From NCBI GenBank assembly GCA_963711565.1, contig CAVQEQ010000003.1, forward strand, positions 256,001 to 320,000: a DNA stretch of 64,000 nt. The letters are read 5' to 3'. Position numbers and translations under genes: made by a program. How positions within the stretch are numbered: position 1 is the first letter of the stretch; each line of letters starts with the position of its first letter. This DNA comes from an uncultured delta proteobacterium (lineage in GTDB: Bacteria > Desulfobacterota > Binatia > Binatales > Binataceae). The notes under the pieces were generated by a model. It had not been told where the DNA came from and made no database searches. It worked only from the letters and a program-made list of their open reading frames with translations. Shown here one piece after another: positions 29,489-37,733 of the stretch.

Positions 29489-29520
29489 GGCGGTTGTCCT
29501 CGGCGTTAAAGGAATTATGG

Positions 29521-30912
29521 CTAACTGTTACCAAGAGGTGTCGCGTCGCGCGTGAGGACATAACCAGGGTTAAATCCTCCGAAATCCCGGGCCTGTGGAA
29601 CCGCGTTGAGATGATCGGTGCTCTGGAGATCAAGATCGATCAGGCGATGGAGCGGTCCGCCGTGCAGGAGTCGGAGAACTTCAGCAACAACCAGGCAGGC
29701 AGCCACTGCTCCGACGAACGGAGCGCCGACCGCCTTGCCCGCGAGCAGCGTGATACCGCAACGGTCCAGGTCTCCCTCGCGCAGCATCTTTTGATAGGCT
29801 GCGCGGTTGGCGAGGTCCTCCTGTTCAACGGTGGCACTCCAGATTTCGGCAGCAGTCCGGCTGCCTGGGAGAGTGTGCATCCGGATGGTCCGGAAGTCGC
29901 GATGGCCGCGGCCGAGTCCCGCCTCCACGATGAACGGAAACCCGACCCGATCCAGCGCGCGCCGTCCCAGCGCGTTGTCCAGGCCGCATAATGCGATTGC
30001 CGGCTCGTCGTCGCTGCGGGTCAATGACGCGTCGAACAGCCGCTCAAGGATGCTGCTAGCGAATCCGCGCCGCTCGGCCCACGCAGCCATGGCGCGGGTC
30101 TTCTTTGCACCGGCCATGCTCAGCTCGGAGAGGATCGATGTGCTCTCCGTCGAGGGCGTGATGATGTCAACGTCTTGCAAGACCAGCGACAGGCCGGTCG
30201 GCTGCGGATAAGGGAGCAACCCCAGCGCCCACAAATATGCCTGGCCGAGATGGCCGAGCCCGATCAGCCAGAGATTCGATGGTAGATAGCGCAGCGGCGG
30301 AGCGTTCGGGTCGGCGGATAGCCAATCGGTGCGAGCAGGCTGCCAGAGGGAAAACCCGACATGTCTCCGTCCCGCCACCGTCGTCTCGCCCTGTACATGA
30401 AAGAAGGCTTCGCTGACCGCGAGCGCGACCGCGAGCATCGGTGCCAGCGGCATGATGTGCTCTTCGCCGCCCAGAAATTCGGAATGCGCGGGAATGACTC
30501 CGCCGCGCCATCCCGCATATACCGTCCTGACGCGGAATCCCGCGGAACGTGGGCGCGGGTGCCCACCAATGAAGATGCAAGGACCGTCATCGATTTCGTC
30601 TGTGGTGCATTGCGCGCCGACGGCGTTGACCGCTGCTCTTAGGGTCTCGCCGAGCGGCAAGGGCACGGCAAGTGGCACGTCAAGAGGGCCGGCAACGGAG
30701 ACGCCGCCAAGGAAAACGCGGCGAGCAAGCGCAATGCCGGTCAAGAGCGCCGCCTGATGGGCCGGATGACGCACTTCGGCTTCGCCGATGGAAAAAGCGA
30801 GGCGGTAGCCGAGAAAGATTGCGTTGGCCTCGTCAACGCTGGACGCGATGCCACTGTCGATCGCTTGTTTGACCAGACGATGCAGCGTGTCAGCGGGAGC
30901 GTATGCGTTCAT
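29521..30912 (-). CDS. bilD: E1-like (ThiF) ubiquitin-activating enzyme of a Bil system
   Basis: IGLGHLG nucleotide-binding loop, QDVD, KK, CGLDN..GR, EAGLG, putative catalytic RCG, PFVGAVAA; N-terminal inactive-like adenylation half. Confidence 0.85.
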   Translation of the reverse strand: MNAYAPADTLHRLVKQAIDSGIASSVDEANAIFLGYRLAFSIGEAEVRHPAHQAALLTGIALARRVFLGGVSVAGPLDVPLAVPLPLGETLRAAVNAVGAQCTTDEIDDGPCIFIGGHPRPRSAGFRVRTVYAGWRGGVIPAHSEFLGGEEHIMPLAPMLAVALAVSEAFFHVQGETTVAGRRHVGFSLWQPARTDWLSADPNAPPLRYLPSNLWLIGLGHLGQAYLWALGLLPYPQPTGLSLVLQDVDIITPSTESTSILSELSMAGAKKTRAMAAWAERRGFASSILERLFDASLTRSDDEPAIALCGLDNALGRRALDRVGFPFIVEAGLGRGHRDFRTIRMHTLPGSRTAAEIWSATVEQEDLANRAAYQKMLREGDLDRCGITLLAGKAVGAPFVGAVAACLVVAEVLRLLHGGPLHRLIDLDLQSTDHLNAVPQARDFGGFNPGYVLTRDATPLGNS

Positions 30913-30924
30913 GATGGTGACGCC

Positions 30925-31443
30925 TCAAAGACCGATGTGGAAGAATTCGCGGTGGTGGTTGGCACCAACGGTTTCCCATCGCCCTCCTCCGCAATAGCGA
31001 TAGATGCCAAGAGTTTCGCGCGTAACGGGCGGGGCGGCGAAGTTCGGCATGATCAGGGCGAGATGACCAGCGCGGGCGATGATCGGATGCGCGCGGTCGG
31101 AGTCGCTCTGGTACGCCGCACCGGGATGTGTGTGCACATCGGCAACGACAGTTAGTCCTCGATCCGTGCATAGGTCCCACAGCTTGCCGAAGTGACGGCC
31201 ATCCAGGCGCACGATGCCCGTGTCGAGGGCGTGGGGATCAAGGTCGTCATAAAGAATGAAATCCACGATCCGCCGCCGTCCGGAATCGTGCTTGGTCCCC
31301 AGCAGGAAAGCGCCGCTCTCCCCGACGCCGCGACCGCGCGAACGCAGGCCGCTTAGCAGCCGCCGCCAAAGGCGCCAGGAGCATGACAACTCATGCCGCG
31401 GCGCGAGCAGGCGGCATGTAATCTCGGCAATGCAGAAGCTCAT
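30925..31443 (-). CDS. bilC: JAB/MPN+ peptidase (deubiquitinase-like)
   Basis: ESGAFLLG and HTHP-x4-QSDSD JAMM motif. Confidence 0.9.
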   Translation of the reverse strand: MSFCIAEITCRLLAPRHELSCSWRLWRRLLSGLRSRGRGVGESGAFLLGTKHDSGRRRIVDFILYDDLDPHALDTGIVRLDGRHFGKLWDLCTDRGLTVVADVHTHPGAAYQSDSDRAHPIIARAGHLALIMPNFAAPPVTRETLGIYRYCGGGRWETVGANHHREFFHIGL

Positions 31444-31861
31444 GCACTATCTCCAGGTATTGAACGAGCCCGTCAGAAGGGCGCCAGATTTTCGAGGGCA
31501 TCTGTGTGCGCCAAATGTCGTGCCCGGCGAAGGCCTCGCGGTCGCAAGGCAGATACAGCGCGGTGCCAGCCTTCCACTTGGGGTTGAACACGGCACCGAG
31601 ACGCCCTCCCCGGCTTTGCGGCCAGAGGTCGGGCGCAAGCATTGCGTTGCGCATCAGGTCCCACGGCCCTGCGGTCGGCGGGCTGGCCGGAAAGCCGGTG
31701 CAATTGAAACGCAACACGTACTCTCGGTCATCCTTGGCCGTAACGCCGATGAAGACGTGCGGCCAAGCGATGTTGATCAGGCGCCAACGCTTGTCGGCTA
31801 CGCCGACGCGGAACGCCGGACTGGTCACGTCCGCGCGGAGCGCGTTTTCGTCGGGCGCCAT
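31391..31861 (-). CDS. bilB: E2-like conjugating enzyme
   Basis: [15 protein letters not shown] (E2 yP..pP loop), LYLPCDR putative catalytic Cys, position between Ubl and JAB. Confidence 0.8.
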   Translation of the reverse strand: MAPDENALRADVTSPAFRVGVADKRWRLINIAWPHVFIGVTAKDDREYVLRFNCTGFPASPPTAGPWDLMRNAMLAPDLWPQSRGGRLGAVFNPKWKAGTALYLPCDREAFAGHDIWRTQMPSKIWRPSDGLVQYLEIVHELLHCRDYMPPARAAA

Positions 31862-32382
31862 CAGCGAGTTTCCTCCGCGTGCGCCAGCGGCGAACCATTC
31901 ACGCGCTGCTCAGGGACGAGGTCGAACCGCACCCGGCAGTCGGGACAGGAAGTGAGCCTGCCGACGTGGGTGCCCGGTGCCGGGCGGTCCTGGGTCCCGG
32001 CGACTTGCAGCATGTGCTCGCCCGCGTCCTCTTCACTCATCTTGAACTTGGTGACCGCAGCCCAATGCTTGATGCGCGCCACGGTCGCTCCCGGCGCGAA
32101 CCGGTGCTGCACCGTTTCACCGGCGAACGTAACCACGACTTCAACGTGTCGGCAGCGATGCAGGTGCATCTTGATGCCAGACGGACCGCACAGCTCCTTA
32201 ATGGTGAGGTGGTCCTCGAGCGGGGTCTCCTGGTCTTCGAGAAAGATCAGGGTGTCTGGCTGGCAGCCATGTTTTCTGACGAGGATTTCCCTGATCGCCG
32301 CCACGGTATGGTCAGCCGACACTTCGATGTGCTCGATGTCGCGGATGCCATGGCCCTGATAAAAGATGTCTATAGATTCCAT
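31861..32382 (-). CDS. bilA: ISG15-like tandem ubiquitin-like protein with pro-peptide ([14 protein letters not shown])
   Basis: Two beta-grasp-like halves (TVAAIRE / TVARIKHW); Gly followed by a short tail; first gene of a Ubl-E2-JAB-E1 operon. Confidence 0.82.
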   Translation of the reverse strand: MESIDIFYQGHGIRDIEHIEVSADHTVAAIREILVRKHGCQPDTLIFLEDQETPLEDHLTIKELCGPSGIKMHLHRCRHVEVVVTFAGETVQHRFAPGATVARIKHWAAVTKFKMSEEDAGEHMLQVAGTQDRPAPGTHVGRLTSCPDCRVRFDLVPEQRVNGSPLAHAEETR

Positions 32383-32445
32383 TTCTTCTGTTCTCCTTGA
32401 GAGCCGGACTCGGGCAACAAGCCCGATGCGGTCTTCTCACTTGTT

Positions 32446-32620
32446 TGATCGTCACCGCGCTGCCAACCCGGAAATCGAGCTGGCGGTCGGTAACGGGCCG
32501 AATGTCGTTGCCCATCTGGTTAATCGCGGCAGGTCGCGCAACCCGGAAAGCGCACTTCGGCGCGGGCAAGAGTTTCCGGTGCCCGTCGCGTTAATCGCGG
32601 CGGGGCCATAAAACCGGAGA
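32446..32620 (-). promoter_or_regulatory. Three tandem putative alternative-sigma promoters T(T/C)TCCGG-N16-CGAT(T/C)A
   Basis: Minus-strand copies at 32620-32592, 32549-32521 and 32474-32446 with identical spacing; fourth copy upstream of the sigma gene. Confidence 0.7.
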
Positions 32621-32625
32621 GGGAC

Positions 32626-35600
32626 TCAGACGATGGAGAGGGAGCCGCGTGCTACGGCATCGCAGACAAAGAAATGAGGGCATCGAGGGCAACGCACCGC
32701 GTCGGGGTCCGGCGGGAATTGACCTGCTGCGATGTCGGCGACCATTGCCGCGCTCCTGTCCTTGCGATTTCGGATCTTCGCGTCGGTAATGACCACCTTC
32801 TCGACAACCTCGTCCGTCAAATGAACAGCCTCGACGGAGTAAGAAGCCCCATAGTGCGCGCGGCCTGCGAGATGATAGAGCGTGTATTCCAGCTTGTCGT
32901 ATTCCGTGTCGCGCTTGTACCCGGTGCGAACCCGGCGCAGGACGATTGTGCCGTTGGGCATCTCCGCAATCTCGTTTGGCTCGACCACGACGCGACCGCC
33001 AGCGAAATCTATGGCGAGCGGTTCAGAACGGCGGAAAACCTTCCCTGCGCCAGCGCGGACCAAGGCGTCAACCAGGCGGTCGGCGAGTCGGCGGTAATCC
33101 GCGGCAAAGCCATGATCGATCGGCCCCTTCTCTAGCCACAGACGATCAAATTCCCGAACCGCTTCGGTATGACCGACCGCTCCCTCAATTCGTGCCCGGG
33201 AAAGCCAGCGGATGAGCTCATAAAGACAGTCGTGAGTGCGGCTGAAGGCGGTGGTTTTGCGCGCGTTACCGAGCCCGAGAACATGGGTGTAAAAGAAGCG
33301 CCGTGGGCACTGTTCGTAACTGTGCAGGCGTGAGTCGGTGAGACCCCGGTCCTGGGGCCAAATCACGGTGATAGGCTTCGGCACCGGCGCGTCGGCGGGC
33401 AAGCGCAAGGTAGCCGGCCGCGAAACTTCCTTCACCAGCGACGGCGAAAACCATACGAGATGGGGCGACGGGGTTCGCGCCTTTCCATTCTGCTGCTTGC
33501 GAGCATGATACAAACGCAGATGGGTGCGCGCCCGAGAAAGTGCGACGAAGAAGAGACATTCCTCTTCCATGGAGTGAGCGTCGGACGCGCCAATATCACC
33601 TTCGATCATGCCCGCAGGCGGTGGACAGCGTTGGCCGGTAAAGGACGTTGGGAAGCTTGCTTTAGTAAGGCCTGGAATGTGCACCGCCTCGAATTCGAGA
33701 CCCTTGCTGCCGTGGACCGTCATCAGACGGACCGCATCCATGTGCAAGGCGCCTGCGGGAATTTGACGAAGGTCGCGTTCTTCGGCAAGAAGCACGAGCT
33801 GGCGCACGCGGTCGAGCGTACGCTGGATAGGAGCCCCTGAGGTAACCGGGCTGCGGTCGCGTACAAAGTTCAGGAATTGCCATATGGCGACAGCCTGCAT
33901 TCGGTCGCGGACGCTCTCTCGCGTGGCCGCGCGCGCAAGCAGGTCAGTGCGGTCGAGCAGGTAATTGGCAAGAAATTCCCAGGGCGTTGCTCCTGTTGAA
34001 ATCCCCGCAAGGTCGGCGCCGAGACGTGAAAGTCCTTGCTGGCCTTCCGCCGAGAGCGCCGCGTTGCCCGCAATGTCCTTGATCTTGCCGACAGCCGGTC
34101 CTGGAATTTCCCGCAGCAGGCTAATTGCGGCGCGCACGTCTTGCAGGGGAATATCATAACGGGGCATCGCGCCTACGCGCGCGAGTCCATCGCCGAAAGG
34201 ATCAATAGCAAGTGTCAGGAGCGCAAGAAGGTCGCGAACTTCGTCGCGCTCGAACAGGCTGCCCAGGTGCAGGACGGGAATACCGCGTAGCTCAAGGGCG
34301 GCGGCGATATCGTTCAGGCGTGCATTGCTACGGCAGAGCACGGCTTGATCGCGAAGGCGTACACCGGAGGCCTGGAGGTCACGGATACTTGCGGCGATAC
34401 CGGCCGCCTCGTCATCGGGCATATCGAAGCGGAGCAGTTGCGGGTGGATTCCAGACCGACCATGGTCAGCCTCGAGGTCAAGCGGAAGCATGCCTTGCGA
34501 AGCGCGCATGTGTGGAGCCACAGCTTCGAACGAATCGACGATTTCCTGACTGGAGCGGTAGTTAACAGAGAGGCGGTCATTCACGGCGTCGGGATATTCT
34601 TTGGCAAAGCGCGCCATATTGATCGAGGAAGCACCCCGGAAACGGTAAATCGATTGACGTGAATCACCAACGACCCAAAGGCGCCGACCCTCGGCGGCTA
34701 GGGCACGCAGGAGTCTGGCGCTGGCACGGTTAACGTCCTGGTACTCATCGACAAGCACATGACGATGCCGAAGGTGGAGCGCGGTACGAACCGCGACATC
34801 GCTTTCCAGGAGCAAGGTCGGGCGCATGATCAAGTCGCCGAAATCAACGCTCCGGCGTCTTCGCAGCTCTCGCTGATAAATCCCATAAAGCTGAGCGACT
34901 TCTAGCGCCTTGGCGGCTCGCTCCTGACTTTCTTCATCGGTCGCGCCATCCTGCATCGCTTGCGCGAGGACCCGATATTGGTCCGCATCCACAAGCTCGT
35001 CCTTGGCTCGTGAAATGGCGGAAATGATGTCGCGCAGCACCATCGCCGGGTCCCAAAGATTGCGATAGTGGACCAACGGAAGTGTGGGGAGAATTTCTTC
35101 CAGAACTTCAATGGCATCGCTACGGTCGAAAAGCGTCGGGTCGGGGGGCAAATCGAGTTTGTCATGGTAGCGACGGATGAGGTCGAGGCCGAAAGCATGG
35201 AAGGTGCCGATCCAGAGCCTTTGCGCTTCCTCAGGCACGATAGTGGTCAAGCGTTCTGACAATTCGCCGGCCGCACGGTTCGAGAATGTCAGGACAAGAA
35301 TAGAACCGGGATCCGCGCCTTCCCGAAGCAGGGAAACTACACGCTTGACGAGAGTCCGGGTCTTTCCCGTCCCTGGTCCGGCCTGAAGCTGGAACGCAGA
35401 GCCCCGGTGTTCAGCCGCACGATCTTGAGCGGGATCCGGTTTGGTGGGGCGCTCCGACCGCTCTTCTTCGGCTGGGGGTGCGGGAGGGAGAAGCAGGGCA
35501 TCGAGAAGCTGTTGGCGCACGAGGTCTTTCGGAAGCTTCAGGGATTCGGAGATGGCTGAAGCCGATTCGCCATCGAGATGCTTGCGGCGCGCCGCCGCAC

Positions 35601-36027
35601 GTGGAAACAGAAACTCTCGCGCAAACACGTTCGCCTGAAGCTCACGGCGTTCGCGAACACCATAGTCTTCAACGCGCTGAAGCCCGACCGGGGCAACCTC
35701 GGTGGAGCGCGAGGCGTCAATATCTTCGTTCGTGCACCCCGCTGACCCCGCATGCACGCGGAAATGACCGATTTCGTGTGCGATGAGGCATGCCCGGTCT
35801 GTCGTATCGCCGTCGTCAACACAACAAACGATGCCGCCCTGGCTATCGAAGAGTGCACGCGCTCCTTTCAATGCGGGATCACCCGCTGGAAGCAACACCA
35901 GTTCCAGGTCGAGACGCTTGACTGCGGCCAGAACCAATTCCATTGGCGAATCAGGATTGGCACCTGCAGCAACAAGCTCCGCATGCAAGGTCGAAGCGGA
36001 AATGCGAACTGGCTCGAAGGCTTCCAT
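32626..36027 (-). CDS. ImmA/IrrE metallopeptidase - UvrD/PcrA SF1 helicase - degenerate PD-(D/E)XK (4-Cys) fusion
   Basis: AHEIGH + ELQANVFAREFLFP; AGPGTGKT, TFHAF, VDEYQD, VGDSRQSIYRFRGA, NYRS, TVHGSKGLEF, FVALSRA; QCPRRFF...CPRCPHFFVC. Confidence 0.9.
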   Translation of the reverse strand: MEAFEPVRISASTLHAELVAAGANPDSPMELVLAAVKRLDLELVLLPAGDPALKGARALFDSQGGIVCCVDDGDTTDRACLIAHEIGHFRVHAGSAGCTNEDIDASRSTEVAPVGLQRVEDYGVRERRELQANVFAREFLFPRAAARRKHLDGESASAISESLKLPKDLVRQQLLDALLLPPAPPAEEERSERPTKPDPAQDRAAEHRGSAFQLQAGPGTGKTRTLVKRVVSLLREGADPGSILVLTFSNRAAGELSERLTTIVPEEAQRLWIGTFHAFGLDLIRRYHDKLDLPPDPTLFDRSDAIEVLEEILPTLPLVHYRNLWDPAMVLRDIISAISRAKDELVDADQYRVLAQAMQDGATDEESQERAAKALEVAQLYGIYQRELRRRRSVDFGDLIMRPTLLLESDVAVRTALHLRHRHVLVDEYQDVNRASARLLRALAAEGRRLWVVGDSRQSIYRFRGASSINMARFAKEYPDAVNDRLSVNYRSSQEIVDSFEAVAPHMRASQGMLPLDLEADHGRSGIHPQLLRFDMPDDEAAGIAASIRDLQASGVRLRDQAVLCRSNARLNDIAAALELRGIPVLHLGSLFERDEVRDLLALLTLAIDPFGDGLARVGAMPRYDIPLQDVRAAISLLREIPGPAVGKIKDIAGNAALSAEGQQGLSRLGADLAGISTGATPWEFLANYLLDRTDLLARAATRESVRDRMQAVAIWQFLNFVRDRSPVTSGAPIQRTLDRVRQLVLLAEERDLRQIPAGALHMDAVRLMTVHGSKGLEFEAVHIPGLTKASFPTSFTGQRCPPPAGMIEGDIGASDAHSMEEECLFFVALSRARTHLRLYHARKQQNGKARTPSPHLVWFSPSLVKEVSRPATLRLPADAPVPKPITVIWPQDRGLTDSRLHSYEQCPRRFFYTHVLGLGNARKTTAFSRTHDCLYELIRWLSRARIEGAVGHTEAVREFDRLWLEKGPIDHGFAADYRRLADRLVDALVRAGAGKVFRRSEPLAIDFAGGRVVVEPNEIAEMPNGTIVLRRVRTGYKRDTEYDKLEYTLYHLAGRAHYGASYSVEAVHLTDEVVEKVVITDAKIRNRKDRSAAMVADIAAGQFPPDPDAVRCPRCPHFFVCDAVARGSLSIV

Positions 36028-36034
36028 GGAATCT

Positions 36035-36676
36035 TCAAAGACTCCGCAAATAGGTTTGCTGCTTTTCCGTCAGGCCAGAGCTCCGTACAGCCTCTTCGAA
36101 GGTTTGCTTCGTGGTTACTTGCGGTTTTTGGTCGGCCTTAAAATGCACCTGTACCCCCAGGGTGGATCGGCCGGAGAAATGCGCGGCAACAAGGTCAAGG
36201 GGCGCCTTCAACTCATCTGCCACACGCCTTTTGAAGCCTTCCGTCATTGTCTCCGGTTCAATGAGCCGATCGCGGAGCTTGAGCACAAAGACCGTTGTGG
36301 CGTTCAACCTTTGGCCTAATGCGCGCATCTCGACGGTGCTCAGCGCAGCAAATGGATTTCTGGGTTCTACTTGGGTCCTTGTTGTCGAGGTGCGTTGTTC
36401 GGCTTTGACGGCGTGCAACCGGTTATGAAAGCGGCTCATCGCCTTTAGAACCATCGAGCTTGTGTCGGTGGTCGCTGGAGATTCCTCGCCGTCCTCGTCA
36501 TCGCACAGCGCATCGAGCGCGAGCTCAACCGCCATCTCGGTTAACTCCGTGGCAAATTCGGGATACCGACGAACCAGCTCGTCCAGTGCGTCGGCATTTG
36601 GTGCAGGCTTGGCCAAAGAGAGCGCATAGAACGCGTCCTGAAGAGCCGTGTCGCCTCTGATGAATTTGGTGATCAT
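36035..36676 (-). CDS. Putative anti-sigma / HTH-containing regulator
   Basis: Coupled (ATGA) to the sigma gene; N-terminal LDELVRRYPEFATEL helical domain; central Cro-like MRALGQRLNATTVFVLKL...RVADELKAP. Confidence 0.6.
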   Translation of the reverse strand: MITKFIRGDTALQDAFYALSLAKPAPNADALDELVRRYPEFATELTEMAVELALDALCDDEDGEESPATTDTSSMVLKAMSRFHNRLHAVKAEQRTSTTRTQVEPRNPFAALSTVEMRALGQRLNATTVFVLKLRDRLIEPETMTEGFKRRVADELKAPLDLVAAHFSGRSTLGVQVHFKADQKPQVTTKQTFEEAVRSSGLTEKQQTYLRSL

Positions 36677-37449
36677 GTTTCCTCCTTAAGTCTTGAAAGT
36701 TTCGCCAGCGCACTTGTCATGCGGTTGCGAATGGTGCGGCCGGTCACACCGCACACAGTGGCAGCCGTTCGCTCGTTGGGATCTTCGGATTCTTCCTTGA
36801 GGCCCAACAGGTAGCAAAGCACGATAGCTTTCCGCTCGTCGCGTGGCAGAGCGTTGATCGCGTCATGGACCTGTTTTCGGAGAACCAACTCCTCGGGATC
36901 ACATCTGGAGCGATCTCGGTCGGAAAGTCGCGCGAGAATTTCGTCGTCGACCCTGACATCCGGGCGATCGGGATCCGGTAAATCTCGCGTGCTGTTGAGC
37001 CGGTCGAGTTCGTCACGGACTCGCGTAATCCTGAAGGTACTAAAGGCCAGGTTGAAGCGCACTTCGTAGAAATCGAGCTCGGACTCCTCCTGCGATGACC
37101 CATCTTTCGCGAAGAGTTCCGCAAAATCCCCCAATATATCCTCTCTCAACTGTTCGGCCGTGCAGATTGAATCCGAGACCTTGGAGTTCAAAATCGCCGC
37201 GCATCGGTCGAGGAGCAGCTGCAAGAGCTCGTCCCGTGCCTGTTCGTTTCCGCTGCGCCATGCCTCACGGATTAAGTGAACGAGGCATTCCGAAGGGAGA
37301 TAATTCTCTGCTTTTCGGTCACGAAGTCGTGCCCGGTCGCACACAATCTCTAGATCTTGACCGAGAGCGGCATCGATGGCCGCCTCGATTTCCGGGAGCC
37401 TTGTGTAGCGTGCTCCATCAGTCTTTGTCTTGTTAAGTGGTCGGGCCAT
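36673..37449 (-). CDS. ECF-like sigma-70 factor
   Basis: Region-2-like GNEQARDELL...AEQLREDIL; region 4 AINALPRDERKAIVLCYLLG...AATVCGVTGRTIRNRMTSALAKL. Confidence 0.8.
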   Translation of the reverse strand: MARPLNKTKTDGARYTRLPEIEAAIDAALGQDLEIVCDRARLRDRKAENYLPSECLVHLIREAWRSGNEQARDELLQLLLDRCAAILNSKVSDSICTAEQLREDILGDFAELFAKDGSSQEESELDFYEVRFNLAFSTFRITRVRDELDRLNSTRDLPDPDRPDVRVDDEILARLSDRDRSRCDPEELVLRKQVHDAINALPRDERKAIVLCYLLGLKEESEDPNERTAATVCGVTGRTIRNRMTSALAKLSRLKEET

Positions 37450-37512
37450 ATTGCCCCCTCTTGTGTCAGCAAGGTCTTACGGGCGCGCTTAGGCCACCCG
37501 CTCTACTACTTA

Positions 37513-37540
37513 TAATCGCCCCCGCCGCTCGATCCGGAAA
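37513..37540 (-). promoter_or_regulatory. Putative autoregulatory promoter TTTCCGG-N15-CGATTA of the sigma operon
   Basis: Same bipartite motif as before bilA, 63 nt upstream of the sigma start. Confidence 0.65.
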
Positions 37541-37733
37541 CTGAAAATTTGAAAAATATTTGAACCACTCCAGCATATGAGTTTTGCACCTTCGTTTTGG
37601 CGGACGAACCGGGGCTGGTTTTGGGATTTTGGAGGGTCTTTTGGCCATTTCGCGCGGTCGATAATTAGAGACGATTTCGCGAAAATCTTTTGATTTTGTT
37701 AGGAATCGATGGCCTTACGCTTAAGCACCCCCA

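Noticed and set aside
32573-32579. + strand TTTCCGG in the bilA upstream region
   Set aside because: No CGATTA box at 15-16 nt spacing; other isolated TTTCCGG hits checked (near 328, 1207, 2413, 14353, 25403) also lack it
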